Shown piece by piece: positions 13,558 to 26,600 of a DNA stretch of 64,000 nucleotides; position 1 is the stretch's first letter, and each line of letters begins with the position of its first letter. The stretch lies in the NCBI GenBank assembly GCA_051294375.1, contig CM119263.1, positions 13,316,199-13,380,198 of the forward strand, given 5' to 3'. The stretch comes from Paraspadella gotoi (taxonomy: Eukaryota > Animalia > Chaetognatha). The position numbers and the translations under genes are program-made. The notes below the pieces were generated by a model. The model did no database searches. It saw only the letters and a program-made list of their open reading frames with translations, and was not told the DNA's origin.

Positions 13558-14587
13558 ATCCGACAGAGTCGCATAAAAAATAGACAAACATACAGATAGG
13601 CTGGAGGACTGACAGCAAGATCAATTCAAAAAATTAATCTTTGTACGAGAAAATTCTAAGAATTCACCGGAAGCAACGACGTCTCCGAAAGATTTCCTTC
13701 CGCCGAAGTCACGTGAGTCGCAAAAAGCGTTTTTAAAACGATTTGTTTAAAAGCGGGTCACTCAGCCAGAAACGAAGAACGACGACTAAAACGACGACGA
13801 CGGAAACGACGACGACGACGACGATTTTTTTTTCTTTTTCGGAAGAAGAAACAATGAATTTGGGTTGTGATTGTTTTCCTCTCCATTGGCGCCTTCGGGA
13901 AGCAACCGAGCCTTCCCGCGGGGCGCCGCGTTTCACGACCGGAAGTGACGATCCCCGGCGCGAAAATCGTTGACGCCACGCCTCTTACACCCCACAACTT
14001 CCGACGGCACCCAGCCGGGATAAGAGATGCCACAACCTCTGGCGCCTTTCGACATAACGAAACTGGCTTGCGTAATGTGTATCCTAAGTTGTTTTTTTAC
14101 ATACATTTATTTACGACATAGCATTCTATCTTTGTTTTCTAGGTATTGTATCATTTTTCTTAGTTTTCCTTTTTCCTCCCTTGTTACTTTTCCTTCTCAC
14201 TTTTTTCGTTTCTCCTTTTCTCCCACCTTCACTCGTTTCCGACTCGACGCCAAAACAACAAACGGGCCTTTGAAGCTTCAACGTCTCTCATTCTCTCTCT
14301 CTCTCTCTCTCTCTCCTCTCACGCTCGGTCTCTCTCGTCTCTCTCTCTCCTCTGTTTTCGGGTTTCGCTCATTTGTGCCGTGAAGCCCCATGAAGCGCAA
14401 ACGTGAGGAAGAGCGGCCCACGTGAATCGCGGAGAGCCAGACGCTGATGGCGAAGTCAGAGGAGAGAGAAGAGAGTAGCCATTAAGCAGGAGATGGAGGC
14501 AGAGAGTGCACGAGAAGAGAGAGACGGAAGAGAGCCAGGGACAGAGGAAGAGAGAGACACCCAGAGAGGCCCAGAAGAGAGAAAATG

Positions 14588-16140
14588 AGATGTTGAAGGC
14601 GGAGAGATGACAAGGTATTGACAGAGAAACTTTTTATCAAAACGAACGACGCGAGTCGTGAGAGGATAGCGGCAACGTTGTAAAAGCTACAAGTAAAGAC
14701 ACGTTTGTCTGTAAAATCGGACGAGTGTTAGTTGGTTTTACTTTCGGCCTCTCTGGGAACTACCACGTTACTTGTCACATATAATAAACTACTTATCAGA
14801 ATAATGAAACCACGCCATATCTTTATCAATGCTCAGCTATGGAAAGATCACGCAAACAAATAAGCTAGTTGCATCGATGATATTTTGATTATAACGAGCG
14901 AGCTCTCTTTCCTATTCTTTTTTCGCTCTACGAAAATTTGCGTTATCACTTGTAAGCCTATCCATTTACATGTTCATTGGTTATTAACTCTCTCTCACAC
15001 AGAAAAAAAAGAAAAGAAAAGGAAAAGATACTTGGAAATAGCAATCCATTTTTACACTCTACCTCTCATTACCTAGGATATAGAAATGCGAATTTGCTAC
15101 TTTCGCTGCTGAGTCTTACCGGCGAATCTTCTTTTCTGTAGTTTCGCAGCGAGGCGGCGTCTGACGATAACTTTCTTTCGACCTTCTCGACTAAGCCAGC
15201 GAGCAGTCCGGAACAAGAAAAAAAATTCAACAGAATAGTGAAGGTTAGTCTCAAGAAATGTCTCCATTAAAATTTTTTAAAAATCATTCTTCACTGTTTC
15301 TTCCCTCCCTTCTCTCTCCACCCCCCCCCCGTCTCCCCAGCTCGTCCTTCTCTCTTCAGTTCTGCCTCCTTCATTATCCCCATTATCAGTCACTCTCGTC
15401 TGCTTCCTTTCACGCCGCTCCGGTAAGAATCGACGCTCTAGACGCAGAGAGAGAGAGAGATGACTGATCTGAGAGAGAAGAGAGGATGACGAGAGAGAGA
15501 GAGATGACTGACTGAGAGAAGTAGACTCGAGTAGAGAGAAGAGATAAGCTTTGATCTGTTGAAAACGTCGGAGAAAGATGAGGTTACGGAGCCAAAAGCC
15601 GAATTCGTCTTGTTATGATCGATGTGAGTATATGTGGGTTTGTCGGTAGGTATGTTTACGCTTCTTTNNNNNNNNNNNNNNNNNNNNNNNNNGAGAGAGA
15701 GACAGAGAGACAGAGAGAGAAAAGATGTTTGAAGCGAGAATGACAAGTTTGACAAGAGAAACTTTTTAAAACGAACGACCGAGTCTAGAGGAGCGGCAGT
15801 TTAAGGCTCAGTAAAGACAGTTGTCTGTAAAATCGGGCGAGTTTAATTGTTTTACTTTGGTTCGGAATCAGTACTTCAAATATATTACAGAATAAGCGCA
15901 CTAACAAAATCACTTGAGATCACGCAAACAAATAAGTCTAAGTTGATCGATGATATTTTGTTAAAATGGTCACTCTTTTCTATTTTTTTTCTCGAAATTT
16001 TTCCTTTACCTCCATTTTCTGTTCATTTTATTAAATAAAAAAAAAAAGAAAAGAAAAGAAAAATTCTGGAACTCATTTTTTTTTACACTCACTTTTACTA
16101 GGATATAGAAATCGAATTTCTTTTCGCTCTGTCTCTGTCG
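14588..16140 (+). repeat. Direct duplication: about 14588-15130 repeated at about 15720-16140 across a 25-N gap
   Basis: Shared anchors GAGAAACTTTTTA..AAAACGAACGAC, TTGTCTGTAAAATCGG, GATCACGCAAACAAATAAG, TCGATGATATTTTG and CTAGGATATAGAAAT; differences are mostly indels. Confidence 0.85.
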
Positions 16141-16178
16141 AATTTCTTTTCTTTTCAACCCTTTTTTTTCCTTCTCCG

Positions 16179-16209
<31 letters not shown>

Positions 16210-16911
16210 NNNNNNNNNNNNNNNNNNNNNNNNNNNNNNNNNNNNNNNNNNNNNNNNNNNNNNNNNNNNNNNNNNNNNNNNNNNNNNNNNNNNNNNNNNN
16301 NNNNNNNNNNNNNNNNNNNNNNNNNNNNNNNNNNNNNNNNNNNNNNNNNNNNNNNNNNNNNNNNNNNNNNNNNNNNNNNNNNNNNNNNNNNNNNNNNNNN
16401 NNNNNNNNNNNNNNNNNNNNNNNNNNNNNNNNNNNNNNNNNNNNNNNNNNNNNNNNNAAGAAAAGAAAAGAAAAGAAAAGAATCGGCGTCAATGGAATTT
16501 GATGGAATCGAAATCATCTTCCCGATTCGCCCTTGTCCCATTCCTCTCCAACTCACCTCCTCCGCCGTCCAAAAAAAAAANNNNNNNNNNNNNNNNNNNN
16601 NNNNNNNNNNNNNNNNNNNNNNNNNNNNNNNNNNNNNNNNNNNNNNNNNNNNNNNNNNNNNNNNNNNNNNNNNNNNNNNNNNNNNNNNNNNNNNNNNNNN
16701 NNNNNNNNNNNNNNNNNNNNNNNNNNNNNNNNNNNNNNNNNNNNNNNNNNNNNNNNNNNNNNNNNNNNNNNNNNNNNNNNNNNNNNNNNNNNNNNNAAAA
16801 AAATAAGGAAAGGCCTCCTTTCGCCGTCCTTATCGTCGTCGCTTAATCTCTGACAGTTTCTTCCCGACATCATAGGTTTTCTATAAACCCATCGACCGGC
16901 GATCGAGCCGA

Positions 16912-16988
<77 letters not shown>

Positions 16989-17001
16989 TGATGATGATGA
17001 T
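16912..17001. repeat. (GAC)25(GAT)5 compound trinucleotide microsatellite
   Basis: Read directly. Confidence 0.97.
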
Positions 17002-17186
17002 GTTCACTCTTTTTTTGTCGTGGCAGGTAGAGAAGTCGGGCTCAGTTTTTGAGGAAGAATAACTTGTGTAAAATCAAAGAAATCGATCCTGATGACGAGG
17101 TTGATGAAGATGATGAAGATGATGACGATTAATATCATCGTCATCATCTTCATTATCATCAACTCAACGATCGTTGACAATGACAG

Positions 17187-17316
17187 TGCTGTTGCTTTAT
17201 CGAATGCTATTGCTTTATCGAATGCTGTTGTTTTATCGAAGGATGTTGCTTTATCAAACGCTGTTGCTTTATCGAATGCTGTTACTTTATCTAATGCTGT
17301 TGCTTTATCGAATGCT
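17187..17316. repeat. 18-bp minisatellite, about 7 copies (consensus TGCTGTTGCTTTATCGAA)
   Basis: Units read directly at 17187, 17205, 17223, 17241, 17259, 17277, 17295, with a partial unit at 17313. Confidence 0.95.
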
Positions 17317-19858
17317 TTGTTTTTGTCTCAGTCGGCAAGCCGAGGTAACTACGTCATAACGTATGTATTCGCGAGATAATTATTATTACTTTACGATAAA
17401 ACTGGCTTCAAACCTTTTTCTAAGTTCTTCGTTTAGTTGACCTCGTTCAAATCGCGATAGCAACGCAATGATTCTCTCATCTTGATCCTCACCCCGACGC
17501 CATAACGGTTTCCCGAGAATCGGAATTCTCGACCCGAAGAAAAGAAAGAAAAATAGCATGTCCGCTTTTGGAAGTAACGATCCCGTTTCAGCCGGAGAAT
17601 GATGAGGAGGAGGCAAGAGAGAGAGGAGAAGGAGGAGGAGGAAGAGGAGGATGAGAGGTGGTTTCATTCTTTTTCATCCTCATTCATCATCGGTTGAACT
17701 GATGATTGATATCAGAAATGGATTCACGGCGAAGGAAACGCGAGGGCTCGAGCGATATTTGACCCGTTAGAGCATCCGTGCCACTGCCTCGCCTTGGTCC
17801 GAGATTGACGATCACCTTCATTGTTATCAGCTGTGATAAGCAAAAAAAATTAAGAAATTATTGACCTCGACTGTAGTATATTCCTAAAGAGTTGTACTCA
17901 TTTCGCTGCCATTAATATTATTCTTATCTCAAAAAACCATTCGCTTTCTTCGTTCGGTTATAATTTTGGCGCAATGACCCAGTTAGTCCGCTCCATCTCA
18001 GGTAATAATGTTCCTCCCAGAAGAACGAGCAAAGACGCTCCAGATATTGTTCATTACCGAGAGAAAAAGCGAGAGAGTGAATGTGAGCGAGAGATCTCTC
18101 TTCTCTCTCTCTCTTCTCCCTGGGCTCAGACGAAAGTTTCGTTTCAAACAAAATGTCCTTTGCGGAATCCCGGCGTTGGGCCAGTTTTTTCTCTTTTCCT
18201 CGTCCACCTGCCTCGGCGTTTGGNNNNNNNNNNNNNNNNNNNNNNNNNNNNNNNNNNNNNNNNNNNNNNNNNNNNNNNNNNNNNNNNNNNNNNNNNNNNN
18301 NNNNNNNNNNNNNNNNNNNNNNNNNNNNNNNNNNNNNNNNNNNNNNNNNNNNNNNNNNNNNNNNNNNNNNNNNNNNNNNNNNNNNNNNNNNNNNNNNNNN
18401 NNNNNNNNNNNNNNNNNNNNNNNNNNNNNNNNNNNNNNNNNNNNNNNNNNNNNNNNNNNNNNNNNNNNNNNNNNNNNNNNNNNNNNNNNNNNNNNNNNNN
18501 NNTCGTCGTCGTCGTCGTCGTCGCCTTCATCGGCTTCTTCGTCGTCTTGGGTCTTATCGAAGTAAACAACAACATGATTGATGTTGCTTGGTTACTTCTT
18601 TACTCGTCGCTTGGACGACGAACCCGTGTTTCCGGATCAACGAGCGGAGATGCGTGGGAAAATACGTTACCGTCTTTTTTTCGACCAAGCCGTTATATTT
18701 CCGCCAAGCATCCACCTTGCAGTACAAAGATCAAAATTATTTACTTTCAAAATTGTATTGGAATTTTTGGTCTCACAATGTTCACGTCAACATACTTTGT
18801 TAAGTTAAGAGGTCTGACTTTGTTCCGCTCCATCCACAATTCTTTCCAATTTTCACACTTTTTGTCACGTATATCTCGTATTTCACATCGACGGTCACAT
18901 CGACAAAGATATGATGGATGCGCGAGGTTTTATAGTCCGCGCAGACGTAAGGCGCTGCAGCCTCGACCTTGAATCGTCGTCCTCATCGTCGTCGTTCCCG
19001 GCTTCATCGTCGTTGTCGTCGTCGCCGTCGCAGTTGTAGAGGAGATCATCCCTTCGTTCACTTACGTTCTCCTTACTTTGAGTCAGTCAAGATATATTCT
19101 CTCTCTCCTCATCTCTCTCCTCTCTCTCTCTTCTCATCTGCATCACGTCTATATAATTCCACCATCTTACTGCTTTCCTCCACCCCAACTCCCCTCCTCT
19201 TTTTTCCTCCCCACAAATCCGAACCGGGCCTGTCTTCTCATTTAATCCTTCTTTCATATTTTTAAGCGCTTTTTCCTTTTTGTTATTTTATTCCTGCTGG
19301 CGATGATACTGTACGTTACTGATGAATAGAATTATTATAATTCTTATTGTTAGGATTCTATTATGGACGCAACAAAGATATCGAAAAACACCGGAATTTC
19401 GTTTCCCCTACGAGTCTAATAAAAAGGTTACCCCTCATCATTTCTCCGAGAGAAAAAAAAATTTGTTCTCCATTATTCTTTCCTTTATTCTTTTAAATCA
19501 TTCGACGGTTTCCATTCTTCAACGCTTTTCGCCTTCTCGCCTTTTCATTTCCTCCTCTTCTTCCTCTTTACTCGTCTCCTTCTTCCCCTCTTCTCCTTCT
19601 CCTCCTTCTATTCCTCCCGAAATTCCTCGAGGACTTCATCAGCTCCCGAAAATGTCAACCATAGGAGGCAAAAAAAAAAAAAAAAAGGAAGAAATTTGAA
19701 AAAAAGGAAAAACTTTGAAAAGGGTGTCCCTGATTAGGGCATTTTTCGCGAATAGAGAGGAAAAAAATTTCCCTTTTTTTCCCTTTAAAATCGGATTTTT
19801 TCAATTTTTTTTTTTTTTAGAAAAAAAAAATTTTCCGGTCGATTTAAATTGGGCGCGT

Positions 19859-20156
19859 GTGGACCAGTCGGTCCTCGGAGTACCCACGTTGAGTTCCGGC
19901 CATAACATTAACTCAGGACTGTGAAATTTTAAAAATCCGAAATATTTAAAAAAGACAAAGATAAATTCTCATGACCAGAAAAGTACGACACGGAAAAATG
20001 ACATTCGCTTTTATATTTTCTTTTTGGGCTTTTTGGCTTTTTTGGCTTTTTTGGCCTTCAAATGAAAACTCGATGACATTTGCTTCTTTTTTTTTGGTCT
20101 CTGTGCGAAGCGAAGCCAAATATCACCGCTCGATCGAGGGAGGGAGAGAGAGAGAG

Positions 20157-20225
<69 letters not shown>

Positions 20226-20533
20226 AACCTCAAGATCATTAACGGCTTAATGCGCCCGAGACCATCTGCTTGAAAACCCTCAATATGGAGCCCCTTCATT
20301 TTTTACTTCTTTTTCTTCTCTCGATCTCTATCGCTTCTCCGAGGACTTTCCTCGCTCTCCCTCCTTTTAAATTTGGCTTCGTGAATTCCTCGCGAGGAAA
20401 CGAGACGTTAGTAACTACTCTCGCTCGCTATCTAATGGTTCCCTGGGTCCTGCTCCTTTTCTATGGTTTCAATCGTAGGTTTTAGACTAGTATTTTTTTT
20501 AAAAAATTGTCCTACTGATCTCTACCTCTTTCT

Positions 20534-20565
<32 letters not shown>

Positions 20566-20578
20566 TCTCTCCTCTCTC

Positions 20579-20624
<46 letters not shown>

Positions 20625-21780
20625 TCGTCCACATCTCCTCCTTTTTCTATCTCGTCACTCACGTCGCCAAAATTAATCTTCTCCTCGTTGTATTAATTAC
20701 TTCTTTTTTCTACCAAATTCCTTTTATCTCTCGTTCAGCATTTTTTTTGTCTGCGTTGGATGGCAATACCAGACTCTTTTCTAATTCCGTCATCTCATCT
20801 CGTTCCTCTCCTCCGTTCGCTCCTCCTCCCATCGCTCCTCTCTCGCTCTCCTCTCTCTCTCTATCAATCTCGTTTGTTCTTTTGCAANNNNNNNNNNNNN
20901 NNNNNNNNNNNNGGTTGGACCAGTGGGTCCTCGAGGTTAACCCACGTGAGTCTCCGGCAATAACATTAACCTCAGGATGCTGATGGAAATTTTAAAAAAA
21001 TCCGTAAATATTTTAAAAAAGACAAAAGAATTAAATTCTCATGACCGAAGAAAAGTACGGACACGGAAAAAATGACATTCCTCGCTTTTAATATTTTCTT
21101 TTCTGGCCTTTTGGCTTTTTGGCCTATTTTTGGCCTTTCATAATGACAAGACTCTGAGACATTTGCTTCTTTTTTTTTGGTCTCTGTGCGAAGCGAAGGC
21201 CAAAATATCACCGCTCGATCGAGGGAGGGAGAGAGACGTAGAGAGAAAGAAAGCAAGATGAAAGAAAGAAAGAAGAAAGAAGAAAGAAGAGAGAGAGAGA
21301 GAGTATAAAGAGAGAGAGAGAGAGAAGACCAGAGAAAAAGAGAAGAAAGAGAGAGAGAGAGAAGAGGAGAGAAGAGAGAGGAGAGAGAGCAGAGGGAGAG
21401 AGAGAGCAAGAACGTCAACCTCAAGATCGATTAACAGTTGGGCTTAATGCGGCCCGAGAGAACCTAATTGCATTAAAACCCTCAATATGGGAGCCCCTTC
21501 ATTTTTTACTTCTTTTTCTTCTGCTTCGAATCTCTATCGCTTCTCCGATGGATTTTCGCCCGTCTCCCTCCTTTTAAAATTGGCTTCGAGATCCTCGCGG
21601 CGAGAACGAGAACGTTATAACTCACTCTCGCGCTATTCTATGAGCTTTGCCTGGGTCCTGCTCCTTTTCTATGTTTCAATCGTAGTTTTAGACTAGTAAT
21701 TTTTTTAAAAAAAATTTCGTATCTCTCTCTCTCTCTCTCTCTCTTCTCTCCTCTCTCTCTCCTCTCTCTCTCTCTCTCTC

Positions 21781-21817
<37 letters not shown>

Positions 21818-21965
21818 CACATCTCCTCCTTTTTCTATCTCTGTCACTCACGTCGCCAAAATTAATCTTCTCTCGTTGTATTAATTACTTCTTTTTTCTA
21901 CCAAATTCCTTTTATCTCTCGTTCAGCATTTTTTTTGTCGCGTTAGCACCGACTCTTCAATTCCG
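19859..21965 (+). repeat. Direct tandem duplication: about 19859-20790 repeated at about 20913-21965 across a 25-N gap
   Basis: Shared anchors TGGACCAGT, GGTCTCTGTGCGAAGCGAAG, AAACCCTCAATATGGAGCCCCTTC and CACTCACGTCGCCAAAATTAATCTTCTC. Confidence 0.9.
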
Positions 21966-22675
21966 TCTCAATCTCTCTCTCTCTCTCTCTCTCTTCTCTC
22001 CTCTCTCTCTCTCTCTCTCTTCCTCTCTCTCCTCTCTCTCTCTCTCTCTCATCCCTCTCTTTCTTTCTCGTTCCCAAACCCACCCAATGTTCCCTGATCT
22101 ATCCGCTTATCCTTTAGGAAAAACAAATAAAACCTTAAAAAAAATAAAACCACCGGCGCACCTGACAAAGAACCCATCAAAAAACCGTCTTATTCTCCCA
22201 GCTGTGGAAAACGCATTGCCTCTGCCCTCCCTCTACCTCTTCCCCCCCTCCCCTTTCTCTCTTTATTCCTTTTGTCCTTCTCACTTCCCACTCCTTCCAC
22301 CTTACTCCCTGCTGAAACCTCCTTTTCTCTCTTCCACTATTTGACTTTTCAACATTCTTCGTTTATCCTCTCTTTCTCTCTCCTCTCTCTCTCTCTTCTT
22401 CTCTCTCTCTTCTTTTTTCTGCTCGAGTTTTTGAAAGAAATTTTATTCTTCTTTGTTCTGAGGCGATTCAAAAGAGCGAAAAGTTCCCCCGAGAAACCGC
22501 CCCTTAAAGCCCCCCTCCCGCCCCCCTGACAGCAGGGACGACCGACGACGACGACGACAATGGCGGACGATGAGAGGGGCTGGCCACAATTGCCGACGGA
22601 ATCCCTCAATGGGTATCGTCTTCTCACTAGGTTCAACCACCGCCTCGCTCTGCCCCCCAAATTCTTTCTCTCTTT

Positions 22676-22756
<81 letters not shown>

Positions 22757-23146
22757 CTTTTCTCTTCTTCTCTATTCTATCTATCTATCTCTCTCTCTTT
22801 TGTCTCCTGCTCCCCCTGCGTGTTTTTCTCTCACTGTGAGCCTTTGACAAAACCCATTCTGTCTCCGCCCACCAGAGAGAAATAAAAAAAAGCGAGAAAT
22901 ACGGAGAGACGATTTTTTTCCCCTCACCTTCGGTTTGTTGTTGTTGTTGTCTGTATTGCGCCTTTTCTTGCAACTGCTGATGCGATTGGTGGTTTGGCTG
23001 TTGTTTAACGAGTGAGATTTTCTCGCATTAATCGTTTCTGACTTCGTTGAAGCTTCTTAGTAAACAAGATACAAAGTTAACATTATTACCGCATTACATC
23101 ATTAACTCTTTCCTCTCTCCCCCCTCTCCCCTTCTTTTCTTCGCAG

Positions 23147-23697
23147 AATCCGAGTCCGCCTCTCAGTACAACGGTGCCGGGAGCGACGACGGCGGCGGGC
23201 CGGGCGGTGGTCCCCCCTCGCTCCCCAACGAACCCCCTCACAGCCTCACCCCCGCCTCCATCGCCGCCGCCGCTCACAACAACAACCCGCACATCAGTCA
23301 CGCGGGTCCCGGCGGCGGCGGCGGTGGGGGTGGCGGCGGAAGTCTCAGTCCGCCCCCTCACCTTCCGCCTCAACATCACCATCTCGGCCACCACCTCCAC
23401 CATCACCACCACCATCAACAGCCCCATCACCATCACCCGTCGCCCGGCGCTGGCGGCGGCGGGGGCGGCGGCGGGGGAGGCGGAGGCGGTGGTCTAAACA
23501 ACCACTCGCCCACCACCCCGCCCCACCATCTGCAAATTCCCCACTCGGCCCCCTCCCCCCCTCAGTCCATCTTCTCCCCCCACCACCAGTTCGGGTCCTT
23601 CAATGGCGCACACGCCCACAACGCCGCCTCCAAACTCTTCGGCGCCCCGGGGCCCAACTCCGTGCTAGAACCCATCCCGTTATTCAGGTACATGTAA
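23147..23697 (+). CDS. Coding exon of an unidentified gene: His/Gly/Pro-rich low-complexity region (transcription-factor/developmental-regulator-like). It ends either at the donor after 23687 or at the stop at 23695-23697
   Basis: Pyrimidine tract plus TTCGCAG acceptor (AG at 23145-23146), then a sharp GC rise and strong C/G third-position bias (GGC, CAC, CCC, AAC, TCC). The frame is open: ESESASQYNGAGSDD...polyG...polyH...KLFGAPGPNSVLEPIPLFR(YM*). Candidate donor CAG|GTACAT at 23687/23688. No DNA-binding domain is visible in the window. Confidence 0.75.
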
Positions 23698-26600
23698 AGG
23701 AAATCACCAAGACAGCGGCGACGGTGCAACAGCGACGAAGCAGCAGCGACGAAGCAACGTCAGTCGTATACCCATCCCGCTCCCGTCTAAAAACAAAAGA
23801 TAAACAAATGAACAAACAAAAAACAAAAAGGAGAAAATCTCTCGAGATTATGAATAATCAAATAGAAGAGTAAATAAATTGCTTAATAAATTGATAAATT
23901 AAATTCTAAAAAGATAGCCAAAAAATCTAAGAATACGGGAAAGAAAGAATAAAATAATCAAAATGTTTTAAAGAAAATGAAGGTATTAATAAGGGATCAA
24001 ATGAAGTAAAAAATGATAGATTTGATCAAGATCGACGTAAGTATATATCTTTTAAGAGAGTTTCTTCTTCGTAAAATTTGAACGTTTGTTTGTTTAGGGT
24101 CTCTTAAGCAAAAATCGACCTCCCTCCTTTTTATTTCTTGCTTTTTTTTATTTCAAAAATTATTTTTGTCCCTCGTTAATCAGATGACCTAATGTAAGAT
24201 TATCGAAACCTCTCCTTTTCTCTCTTTCTCTTTAATATTTGATTTTTTTCTAACCATTCTAATAACTGAATCAAATACCGTCCCCAAATTATTTTTAGGT
24301 TTTTCATATTCCAATTTATGCTCTTTTTTTTTTTAAATTTCTCCGAATCTCGAGTGAAGCAAAATCAATTTGGATCGTCAAGTCGAATTCGGCGGAAACT
24401 ACACTTTTTCTGCCCCCAATTATAAAAATCATTATAAATTCATCATAGAATATTAATTCGATGATCGAGAAATTAATTTTTTTTTTTTTGGTAAATAAAG
24501 AAATGTGTCTGAATAACGCGGAAAAACAATGGTGGTCGTTTACGAACGATGAATAAAAAGAAAATCGTTTTTAGAAAATTAAAATTAAATTTTCTAGATA
24601 AAAACGAATCGGACTTTCTTACTCCCTTTTCCCCTCTCCATTCCCTTTTTGTGTAGTTCCTGAGAATATTACTATTAATACGATTATCATGGCCGTTTAA
24701 TTTTTTTATATTTTTTAATGTTGTTCTTTCCTTTTTTTATAGTTTCCCGCGATGAATAATTTTAAGATTTTAAAAGTAGTTGTACATTTTATTTCTTTGG
24801 GAAGAAGTCACATTGGGTAATATTGAACGTGAAAGTTTTGAAGGATTAAGATTGCTGAGTTTATTTTCTTATTTTCCCCTTGCGTCTAGTCAATGTCCTT
24901 TTTCGGCCAAAAACAAAAACTTCCGTATTTAGCGACGTTTTGCGCATATCACTATATAATTCTTTTCTTTTGGCAAACAAAAAAGACAAAATAAAATATT
25001 ATCAAAGAAAAAAATAAATATATTCCGGATTCTCACTTTTTCCCAATTTTCTTTCTCGGATTTTCTTTGATTCTATTTTTTTTAATTCCGTTTTTCTTTA
25101 GATTTCCAGGTTTTGATTCTCTCTCTCTCGCTGATTGTTGCATTCATGAACCGCGCCTTCCTTTCCCTTTTCTTTCTCTTTTCCTCTTTTCTTTTTTTTT
25201 TTTCCTTTTTCTTCTTTCTTTTATTTTTTCCTTTTCCCGCCAAATTTGTGATTCAAATTCGGCGTTGGAGTTTGTCACCTGGTTTTATCCGCTTTTCTCG
25301 GAATTCGATCCGCTTCGGATTTCGCTTCTAATTCCGCTTCGGATTTCGCTTCGAATCCCGCGGAAAACTCATCTGCGTCCATTATCGCACCTGCGCCATC
25401 TCCCTTCTCAATACTCCGCCACCTCCCAGTCATGACACGCCCCCCTCCCGTTCTCACTTAGACTTTTCTCTTACGACCCTATCTCCCTTATAAATTCCTT
25501 CCTTCTCTCCATCCTTTCCCACATTCCGTCATAGCTATTGGCGGGACGCCATATTCTGCTTGTTGTATCTCGACTGAAAAAAAAAAAGAAGCCATAATTA
25601 ATAACTTCTCTTTTCCGGTGGCGTCTGGCGAAGCGAAATCCAAGTCACCATCCCGTTGCCGATCGTTGCTGAAGGGCAATCTACTCGGACAAATGGATCC
25701 CCATGTTGCCAAACCTTTATCCCTGCCTTTGCCAAAGCAGATTCCTTCCTGCCATATTTTTTTTTGTTTAAAGAGTGCCATATTTTTCTCTACATCACGG
25801 TAAAAAATTTATAATGCTTCTTCCTTAGGTTAATTCTGTTAAACAATTGAATCTGATTTAGAAAGCTTTTAATTAAAGAACTTTATTCAATCCCAAAGAA
25901 AGAAAATATCTAATATTAGTATTTGAAATGTAATTGTCTTTTTTAAAATATAAAATGATTCTTTTTTTGTGACACTAATTTTTTATCTTTTATTCTTTCC
26001 TTTCCTCCAACTCCTCCTCTTTCCTCCTCCCAAAGAGAGAACAAAGACGAACAAAAAAAAGTTCCAATATTATTTTGCTTTTTCCTTCGGAATTTTTATC
26101 TTTTCCGTAATCAAATCTGCGAAAGAAAAATAAGCGTAGGTAGAATAGCGTGCATGACGCCGACATTTCTTGTCGTCGTTATCATCGTCGTCGTTATCAT
26201 CATCGTCGTCGTCGTCGTCGTCGTCGTAACGGTTTTCGTCTTCGAATTAGATTTGTGACACGAATTTCATTTAGGCCCTGAATCAAATCAATGTTTCGAT
26301 AATTTTTATCTTTTGCCGTCGTGGGTTTTTCTTTTTTCTACGTTGCCTTTTTTTTTATTTTCTCCACCTATTTTTTTCAAAATATCTCTTTCTCTCCCTC
26401 TCCCATTGTTTCATTTTGTTTTCTTTAAAAAAAAAAAAGACAAACATTAAAGTCTCAAGAAAATTTTAGGAACATTTCTCGCTTCCCCTCTTTTTCTCTT
26501 CTTTCGAGGGGGGGGGAGGCCCTTCGTTTGAGACCCTAATAACTCATCGCCAGTTTTTGCTGTTTTAGACTTTTATTTCGGCCATTAGCCCCTTGGGAGC

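Noticed and set aside
22912-22952. Resemblance to the PacBio SMRTbell adapter (..CCTCC..GTTGTTGTTG)
   Set aside because: It lacks the adapter's terminal stem and flanking inverted sequence; a (GTT)n microsatellite explains it.
25275-25461. Short ORFs with an SASDFASN / EAKSEA repeat
   Set aside because: They are explained by a 2-copy ~24-bp repeat, with no splice signals or homology.
26525-26545. miR-125-like TGAGACCCTAA
   Set aside because: The seed (TCCCTGAG) does not match and no precursor hairpin is visible.
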